Assembly: GCA_964391735.1 (NCBI GenBank)
Contig: CAYMNF010000003.1
Coordinates: 2,798 to 66,797, forward strand
Direction: 5' to 3'
DNA from: an uncultured Bacteroides sp.
Lineage (GTDB): Bacteria > Bacteroidota > Bacteroidia > Bacteroidales > Muribaculaceae
Length of the DNA stretch: 64,000 nucleotides
In this document: one piece after another, positions 58,161-64,000 of the stretch
How the letters are laid out: each line of letters starts with the position of its first letter
How positions within the stretch are numbered: the stretch's first letter is position 1
Position numbers and translations under genes: made by a program
The notes under the pieces: model-generated
Told to the model about the DNA's origin: nothing
Database searches by the model: none
The model's input: only the letters and a program-made list of their open reading frames with translations

Positions 58161-59216
58161 CTACAAACGCTTGAGCAGGTCGAGGTATCGGCGGGTGAAT
58201 GTTTCGCGGTCGAAACCCTCTTTCAGCAGCTGTTTGCTGCGGAAGCCCATGCGGGCGCGGCGGTCCGGGTCGTTGGCGAGCATGGCGATGGCATCGGAAA
58301 TGGCCCAGGTGTCGCCCATCTCTACAATTATGCCGTTGTCCCCGTCCTTAACCAATACCGCTGAGTCTCCCGCGCGCGTGCTGATGACGGGCAGGTCAAC
58401 GTTCATCGCCTCCATGATGGAGTTGCTGAGCCCCTCGTGGGTGGATGTCGACAGGTAAATGTCGGCGCGACGTTCATAATCGGCGACATTCGGAGGATTG
58501 ATTACAAACTCAACCTTATCCTCTACCCCCGCTTGTTTCGCCCGCTTGCGCAGGGCAGCCTCCTCAGGCCCGTACCCTACCAATGTCAGGTGCAGCGGCG
58601 TGTCACCCTTTGCGGCTATGGCAAAAGCGTCAATGGCCGTCCCAAGGTCCTTCTCAGGCACATATCGGCCTACGCTGACAATGTCAACCGCCTCTCCCGG
58701 CTCATGGGCTTGATAGGGTGGGATAGGGGTAATGTAGTTGTGGATAACTTCAACTTTGCGACGCGGAAAACCTGAGGAGGTGAAATGTTTCTGTGCCGAT
58801 ATGCTGTTTGAAACTGTGCGGGCCGCTAAGCGCGTGCATACGGCATCAATCAGATGTTTGTGCCACGAAAGCTTGTTGCAACGCAGGCCGGTAACAACGC
58901 GCACCCCCCGTGGCGCCGCAGCCACAGCAATAGCGTTGGCAGCCGTCAGGTATGAGAACACGACGTTGATTTTCTCGTCAGCCAGCAGTTCCTTAAACTG
59001 CCTGAATCGGTCGCGCAGCTTGCCCGAGAATGACCTCAGCGGCACATCCTTATCCAGCAAATCGCGCATGTTGCCGTGAATATGTTCGCCGTTGAAGACC
59101 ACCAGGCTTACGGGTACCCCCGCCTCATGGAGCGCATTTGCCAGCAAAACGGCCTGTTTCTCAGCCCCTCCGCTGGTAAGATTCTTGACAAAGACAGCAA
59201 CTCGCGCGTTCTCCAT
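58161..59216 (-). CDS. Glycosyltransferase family 4 (GT-B, group 1)
   Basis: 351 aa with N-terminal GGAEKQ and the E-x7-E region STHEGLSNSIMEAMNVDLPVIST. Confidence 0.85.
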   Translation of the reverse strand: MENARVAVFVKNLTSGGAEKQAVLLANALHEAGVPVSLVVFNGEHIHGNMRDLLDKDVPLRSFSGKLRDRFRQFKELLADEKINVVFSYLTAANAIAVAAAPRGVRVVTGLRCNKLSWHKHLIDAVCTRLAARTVSNSISAQKHFTSSGFPRRKVEVIHNYITPIPPYQAHEPGEAVDIVSVGRYVPEKDLGTAIDAFAIAAKGDTPLHLTLVGYGPEEAALRKRAKQAGVEDKVEFVINPPNVADYERRADIYLSTSTHEGLSNSIMEAMNVDLPVISTRAGDSAVLVKDGDNGIIVEMGDTWAISDAIAMLANDPDRRARMGFRSKQLLKEGFDRETFTRRYLDLLKRL

Positions 59217-59449
59217 ACATCAGACTTTCGGTCCCACAAATATACAGAATTTTCCGCACCCCACCATTCCCCCCGCGTAAGAAAACCCCCGTCCCAAGGT
59301 TGGATGGCGATTCCCCCACACATTAATTTGATAAATACCGGTTTCCCAACGATGTGGAATATGTTGGATACCAAAGATTAACCATTCAATTGGTTTACCG
59401 CGAACGTAGGGACACGAGTATTATCCCGGGGTGGGTAAATTTTTGGAAG

Positions 59450-59992
59450 TCAATTTGTTACGGGATGCGGGGGTGTCGGGACATGGAAACGGTCGGTGGA
59501 CCAGCGGGCCGGGTTGGTTTGGATGTAGTCGGCGATGCGGTTGCCGTCGTGGGGGCCGCGGATTATGTGGTCATGGTAACGGCTCTGCCACCCGAATTCT
59601 ATGTTGTTTTGGCGGGCATACATGGTGATTTGGCGTTTTAATCCCCCGATTATTACTCCGAGTGACCCCCGTAATGATGATTTGTCGTTTGGGTTGATCG
59701 AAATGATTACATGGATATGGTTGGGCATCACGACAAACAGGGGTGCCTCGGCGTATGGATAGTGGCGTTTGACATCCTGTAGCTGCGATGCACAATATTG
59801 GCCGAGGGGTGAAAGGCGCATTTCACCGTTGACGATTCGCCCGAAGTAGCATTTTTTGCCAAGCGTACAAACAGTCACAAAATAATCCCCGGCAGAATAA
59901 TTGTGGAAAGTAGCCCGCGGAGATTTTCGTACCCGCAAATCCACAAATTTATCATATTCCCATTGGGGGTCCGTATTAGCAACGTCGTTCAT
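59450..59992 (-). CDS. REP-associated tyrosine transposase (RAYT / IS200-like Y1 HUH transposase)
   Basis: HUH motif in FVVMPNHIHVIISI. The C-terminal region reads WQSRYHDHIIRGPHDGNRIADYIQTNPARW, with the catalytic-Tyr context Y-I-x-x-N-P. ATG at 59990-59992 is chosen over the upstream GTG. No tnpB lies adjacent. Confidence 0.75.
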   Translation of the reverse strand: MNDVANTDPQWEYDKFVDLRVRKSPRATFHNYSAGDYFVTVCTLGKKCYFGRIVNGEMRLSPLGQYCASQLQDVKRHYPYAEAPLFVVMPNHIHVIISINPNDKSSLRGSLGVIIGGLKRQITMYARQNNIEFGWQSRYHDHIIRGPHDGNRIADYIQTNPARWSTDRFHVPTPPHPVTN

Positions 59993-60125
59993 GCCCAAAT
60001 GTACATCCACCCCCGGAAAAACAAAAGTTTTTGCCCCAAAAAAATCGTAAAAATTTGAAAAATTTTTTTGGGTGGTAAATTTTGCATTGAATCACGTATT
60101 CACCACCCCGTTCGCAGTTAAGAGC

Positions 60126-60241
60126 GGGTATTATTCGACCAATAAATTGGTCGCAACGCATAGGTTAATATTTTCCGTGGGTGAAACCCACGGAAAGCGC
60201 AAATAAAAGAAAACGACCAATTTATTGGTCGAACAATACCC
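60126..60241. repeat. Compact form of the type-A palindromic element (116 bp)
   Basis: GGGTATTATTCGACCAATAAATTGGTCG (60126..60153), a central TTTTCCGTGGGTGAAACCCACGGAAA (60171..60196), and CGACCAATTTATTGGTCGAACAATACCC (60214..60241). Confidence 0.9.
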
Positions 60242-60296
60242 GTAGTGTCGGCATTCGAATGTTTCGCGAAATGGACCGATACCCAGCGATTTACCC

Positions 60297-60447
60297 CACA
60301 ATAGGTTTACCGCGAACCTCGGCAAACCCGGGGTCGTTTTTGGCACGGTCGTACGGCACTGTCGGCATATTCGTCCGGCGGACGCACGAGCCGTGCGTCC
60401 CTACGTTCGGATATTATCCCGGGCGGGTAAAAAGTTGGGTGGCAATT
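60297..60447. repeat. Type-B repeat unit with a single REP hairpin
   Basis: CACAATAGGTTTACCGCGAAC ... GGACGCACGAGCCGTGCGTCCCTACGTTCGG (60380..60410) ... ATATTATCCCGGGCGGGTAAAAAGTTGGGTGGCAATTG. Confidence 0.8.
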
Positions 60448-60456
60448 GATTATGTC

Positions 60457-60650
60457 CAAATTGGTTTACCGCGAACGTAGGGACGCACGGCTCGTGCGTC
60501 CGTGGTCCGCCCAAGGAAACCGGTGGCAAACCCGGAGGCATTTTCGGACCGTTTGCACGGCCCCGTCGGCACATTCGACCGGCGGACGCACGAGCCGTGT
60601 CCCTACGTTCGGGTATTGTCCCGGGTTGGGAAAATAGTGGGTGGCAATTT
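60457..60650. repeat. Type-B repeat unit with an inverted REP doublet (REPIN-like)
   Basis: CAAATTGGTTTACCGCGAACGTAGGGACGCACGGCTCGTGCGTCC (to 60501), an 82-nt spacer, then GGACGCACGAGCCGTGTCCCTACGTTCGG (60584..60612) and GTATTGTCCCGGGTTGGGAAAATAGTGGGTGGCAATTT. Confidence 0.85.
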
Positions 60651-60660
60651 CGTGGGGGTG

Positions 60661-60698
60661 AAAACGGCGAGAGGCTGCGCGGGGTGCGCAGCCTCTCG
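60661..60698 (-). terminator. Rho-independent terminator of the T9SS CBM-repeat gene
   Basis: Perfect 13-bp stem CGAGAGGCTGCGC/GCGCAGCCTCTCG with a 5-nt loop, followed on the minus strand by CCGTTTTC. Confidence 0.7.
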
Positions 60699-60721
60699 GG
60701 GTATTGGGGGTCGGTCTCGGG

Positions 60722-63328
60722 TTAGAGAGCGATCTTGGTGGCTTTGTTGCCCTGAACGCGGATGTACATGTCGCCGGCTTTCGGCTCAAGGATGCGTACA
60801 CCCTGCAGGTTGAAGTAGTATACCTCACCGTTGTTGTCAGCCTCAATGCTGTCAATGCCGGCACCCTCACCGTGGACAATAACTGTTGCGTTACCGTCGG
60901 GGAGAAGGGTAAAGGTGAACTTCGGGTTAATCAGGCTTTGACCAAGTTCAAAGAAGTCAGATGCGCCATAGTTAGCGGTTGTTTCTACCTTATTATTGAT
61001 GGTTGTGGCATCCTCCGGAGCACCCCAGAAGTCGTTGAACACATCTTTATCACAGAAGAAGAAAATAGTACCCTTATTAACGGTTCCGGTATACTCATAG
61101 GTGTATACATCGCCGGTAACGTGGGTCATATCATAATCAACATAGTCGATACTGAGTACGAGGTTGCGCGGGGTAGCAATTGTGCCTTCAACTTTGATTT
61201 TGCTTGCGCCGGTGGCGTTGTAGGTGAAGGTTACGGTTGCGTTGGTCATGGCCTCGGGAACGAGGAAGTTTACTGATGAGCCGGCCCATGCGTTAGCCTC
61301 GGTGCCGTTCTCAAGGGTTGCGGTGGTTACGCTCGGGTCGTTAATGTCGCCTTCGCCGCCCCAGCTTGCATCCCAGCCGGTGCCGTCAATAATCTTGAAC
61401 TCGGTCTCAGCGGGCAGGCTTGCAAAGGTGTATGTCCAGGTGTTATCAGCGCCCTCGGTCATCTCGATGGGAGCATCGGCGTTCCAATCATTGAATGTGC
61501 CAACGAGGCTGAAGTGGTGTTCGGGATCGGGGGTGTCACCGGCCTCGCCATAGGTCTTGCCGTTCTCAAAGTCGTAGTTCGGTGTCTTGTTATCATCAGT
61601 ACCGTCGCTGAACAGGAGGTTGGTCGGCTCGAAGGGCAGGGTTGCTGAGTAGCTCCACATGTCGTCACCCTCGCTGCGTGCCTCAATCTTGGTCATCTCG
61701 GCACCGGGATATGCGCCGTTGTTTAGCTTGTCGTTTTTCCAGATGAATACATATACCTTCTCAAAGGCGGTTTTGCCGTTGTTGTAGGTGATGTTTACAT
61801 CGGTAGATACAGCAGCAGCGCCTACATAGGTCTTGCCATCCTCAAAGTCAAGGTTGTCGGTCTGTAGGCCGTTGTCACCGTTGTTGAAGATTACGAACTC
61901 GGGATCAAAGGGCAGTTCGGCAGTGTAGCTCCAAACGTCGTTGTCACCTTTGGTCATCTCAACACCGGGCCAAGCAGCGTTGCTGGGGCTGCCGTTGCCT
62001 TTCCACATGTAAGCGTATACGGTCTCGTATTGTGAGGCTGAGTTGTCAAAGTATACGGTGATTGAGTTGGGCTGTGCAGCCTCGCCGTACTGTTTGCCGT
62101 TCTCAAATACCTCATCACCGCCCTGTTGGCCGTTGCCGTCGTTGAAGATAACGCCCGCAGGTTCAAAAGTCAACGCGCCGGTATATGTCCAGATGTTGTC
62201 TTCACCTTTAGTCATGGCAACCCCGGGCCAGCTATTGTGTTGGGTATCGTTGAAGAAGTAGACGTAAACGGTCTCGTAGTTGGTAACAGAGTTGTTGTAT
62301 GAAACGCTGTACTCTTGGACAAGGTAGTCGTATTGTTTGCCGTTCTCAAACTCGAGGTCCTCGGTCTGGGCGCCTTTGTTGTTATTATTGAAGATAACCA
62401 TTGCCGGGTCAAACGGCAGGCTTGCTTCGTAAGTCCACACGTCGCCTGCGCCCTTAGTCATAGCAACACCGGGCCAATTTGCATTTTTGCTATCACCATT
62501 CCAAACATAGGCATATACCTCTTCCCATTTAGTGGAAGCATTGTTGAATGAAACAGATACGTCAAAAGTAATCTCTTGGCCGGACTTGAAGGGGTTCTCG
62601 GCGTTCTTGTCGTTGCTGAAGAATACCTGAGCATTATCGTTTGCTTTAGCTTTCAAGTAAGCAACGCCGTTCCAAGTGGTAGCAAGGGTACAATCACTAC
62701 TTTGTGAATCATTAACAAGTCCAGTTATTTTGTCCATGGAAATGTTTTTAGCACTTCCCAAGTTGTATTCAAAGTAATCGTTATCAGCGATTTTAAATCC
62801 TTGCCCGGCATTTATACTTTGTCCGGCAGCGCAAGTAAATTTGAAGATGCCATAACCATTTTCTTCTTCAAGCAACTCCCATTTCCAGGCATTTGTCGCA
62901 CCCCAGCTATTCATGTCTCCGCGTAAATATATCTCAGCCGGGCCGGTGGGTTGAGGAGTATCAGATGTTGAAGTGATGACGAGTTGTGTTAACTCCGGAT
63001 TAACGGTGAGAGTATACTCACCCTTAGCGGGTACTTTATTGTTGTCATTTCGTTTGGTAAGGCTAATGGTTTTACCCAATTGGTCTTTTGAAATTGTTCC
63101 ACAACCCATGCAAGCACCATTAAAAGTACTCCAATTGCCTTTAGCTTTTGATAACTTAAACTCAGTAAGGTTTTTAATCGTTATGGTATAGCTGCCGTTG
63201 GAAAGGGTCATCTCTGCAGGACTTTCAGGTGTCCAGCCCAGACCATCTCCGGCACCACACACATAAATTTGTGCGTTTGCAGCAAGCCCGACAAGGGTAG
63301 CTACAATTAAGGAGAAAAATTTCCTCAT
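60722..63328 (-). CDS. T9SS-sorted, non-catalytic multi-CBM (starch-binding-like) surface/secreted protein
   Basis: 868 aa: signal peptide, then two SusE/F-like modules (IYVCGAGDGLGW..., IYLRGDMNSWGATNAWKW). Four tandem repeats of about 85 aa follow, with VYAY(V/M)W...WPGV(A/E)MTK...W(T/S)Y...PF(D/E)P..VIFN.G...QT(E/D)(D/N)L.FE(N/D)GK.Y. Next comes an LVGTFNDW module and the CTD EVYYFNLQGVRILEPKAGDMYIRVQGNKATKIAL. Confidence 0.75.
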   Translation of the reverse strand: MRKFFSLIVATLVGLAANAQIYVCGAGDGLGWTPESPAEMTLSNGSYTITIKNLTEFKLSKAKGNWSTFNGACMGCGTISKDQLGKTISLTKRNDNNKVPAKGEYTLTVNPELTQLVITSTSDTPQPTGPAEIYLRGDMNSWGATNAWKWELLEEENGYGIFKFTCAAGQSINAGQGFKIADNDYFEYNLGSAKNISMDKITGLVNDSQSSDCTLATTWNGVAYLKAKANDNAQVFFSNDKNAENPFKSGQEITFDVSVSFNNASTKWEEVYAYVWNGDSKNANWPGVAMTKGAGDVWTYEASLPFDPAMVIFNNNNKGAQTEDLEFENGKQYDYLVQEYSVSYNNSVTNYETVYVYFFNDTQHNSWPGVAMTKGEDNIWTYTGALTFEPAGVIFNDGNGQQGGDEVFENGKQYGEAAQPNSITVYFDNSASQYETVYAYMWKGNGSPSNAAWPGVEMTKGDNDVWSYTAELPFDPEFVIFNNGDNGLQTDNLDFEDGKTYVGAAAVSTDVNITYNNGKTAFEKVYVFIWKNDKLNNGAYPGAEMTKIEARSEGDDMWSYSATLPFEPTNLLFSDGTDDNKTPNYDFENGKTYGEAGDTPDPEHHFSLVGTFNDWNADAPIEMTEGADNTWTYTFASLPAETEFKIIDGTGWDASWGGEGDINDPSVTTATLENGTEANAWAGSSVNFLVPEAMTNATVTFTYNATGASKIKVEGTIATPRNLVLSIDYVDYDMTHVTGDVYTYEYTGTVNKGTIFFFCDKDVFNDFWGAPEDATTINNKVETTANYGASDFFELGQSLINPKFTFTLLPDGNATVIVHGEGAGIDSIEADNNGEVYYFNLQGVRILEPKAGDMYIRVQGNKATKIAL

Positions 63329-63440
63329 GTCTGTGTTTGTTTAGTGATTTATGGTTAAGTAAGTTGTATAATCGGTAAGACAAGGGTCGGGATACAAAAA
63401 CCGACATTCGATTTTTAATCTAAAGGGCCCAAAACACAGG

Positions 63441-63448
63441 CAAATATA
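63441..63448 (-). promoter_or_regulatory. Candidate -7 promoter box (TATATTTG) for the T9SS CBM-repeat gene
   Basis: Plus strand reads CAAATATA, about 113 nt upstream of the ATG at 63328. Confidence 0.3.
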
Positions 63449-63629
63449 CAATTAATGAGCCAATAATCACAAAATTAGGCACCCGCGGTTATTTACTTAA
63501 CAAATTTTAACGAAACGCGGGTCCCCGAATCGGGAGAACGTCGGCAAAACGCCCCGTTCGCGGGAGCCGAGCGCCCGCCCGTTCCCGCGTCAACGCGGGG
63601 GGAGATTCGGCACGGTCGCGTTGAAGGGC

Positions 63630-63734
63630 GGGTATTGTTCGACCAATAAATTGGTCGCAGGCAGAGACAAAAATTTTCCGTGGGTTTCACCCACGGCTAC
63701 GATATTCAACCGCTACGCGGTTGCAATGTCGGCC
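63630..63734. repeat. Half copy of the type-A element (M1-M2-M4)
   Basis: GGGTATTGTTCGACCAATAAATTGGTCG (63630..63657), TTTTCCGTGGGTTTCACCCACGG (63674..63696), and CTACGATATTCAACCGCTACGCGGTTGCAATGTCGGCC (63697..63734). The last is 37/38 identical to the reverse complement of 57871..57908. Confidence 0.85.
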
Positions 63735-63775
63735 GCGTAATGCGCTGGAAATCAGTGGTTTTGTATGGCAAATGA

Positions 63776-63808
63776 CAATACCCGTGCGTCCCACGTTCGG
63801 GTATTGTC
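63776..63808. repeat. Hairpin repeat GACAATACCC-GTGCGTCCCACGTTC-GGGTATTGTC
   Basis: A perfect 10-bp inverted repeat encloses the CGTGCGTCCC..CGTTCGG module shared with 60391..60410 and 19601..19622. Confidence 0.75.
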
Positions 63809-64000
63809 TTTGGGGGATGCGAATAATGTTGTGTTAATGTTTATTAACTAAACGGGGGTGGGGGCGTTTGTAACTTGTTTGTATATTTGTACCTTAATTT
63901 TGGAGACGGATTTTTGCGGCCATTTTTTCTTGAAAAAATCCGCTATGTTGCTTTTAGAAATAGAATTAACTTTACTCAAATCACTCATTTATAATAAATC

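Larger units (their letters stand above)
59387..60650 (-). mobile_element. RAYT-like gene with flanking REP/REPIN-like repeat arrays (REPtron-like unit)
   Basis: One Y1-transposase ORF is bounded by CAATTGGTTTACCGCGAAC-GTAGGGAC... at 59387..59456. Type-A and type-B repeats lie upstream at 60126..60650. Confidence 0.6.

Noticed and set aside
57681-60650. Whether the recurring repeats form a CRISPR array.
   Set aside because: The repeats are of several different types, occur in both orientations, are irregularly spaced and nested. There are no unique spacers of uniform length and no cas genes.
63848-63988. 46-codon minus-strand ORF (MSDLSKVNSISKSNIADFFKKKWPQKSVSKIKVQIYKQVTNAPTPV) at the window edge.
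   Set aside because: It lies in a very A/T-rich promoter-like region. Only 12 nt of upstream sequence are visible and there is no recognisable motif, so it cannot be supported from this window.

Overview
This window looks like a chromosomal segment of a fairly GC-rich Bacteroidales-type genome. Supporting marks are a SusC/SusD pair, T9SS C-terminal sorting domains, lipoproteins with acidic residues after the lipobox Cys, a 286-aa sigma-A, and recurring TAnnTTTG -7 boxes. It is densely packed with about 50 protein genes in alternating strand blocks, plus one tRNA-Leu(UAG). Most are housekeeping: gcvT (partial), serS, rlmH, prs, yidD-tamB-tamA, rfbC, pta-ackA, dprA, rpoD, parAB, rarA, ppiD and rnpA. 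Accessory content: (i) a compact susC-susD-susE-susF-like locus with no enzyme or regulator; (ii) a translationally coupled TonB-dependent receptor / beta-propeller lipoprotein / PKD-like lipoprotein module behind an FAD-dependent oxidoreductase; (iii) two T9SS cargo proteins, a CotH-family kinase-fold protein and an 868-aa non-catalytic protein with four tandem CBM25/26-like repeats; (iv) the most unusual part, 57.65-63.85 kb. There, every intergenic space is filled by a mosaic of GC-rich, hairpin-forming, partly nested palindromic repeats surrounding a single REP-associated tyrosine transposase (RAYT)-like gene, which suggests a REP/REPIN-RAYT system. I found no CRISPR array, rRNA, prophage or recognisable defence system. 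All calls rest on reading the translations and the DNA by eye; no database search was possible.
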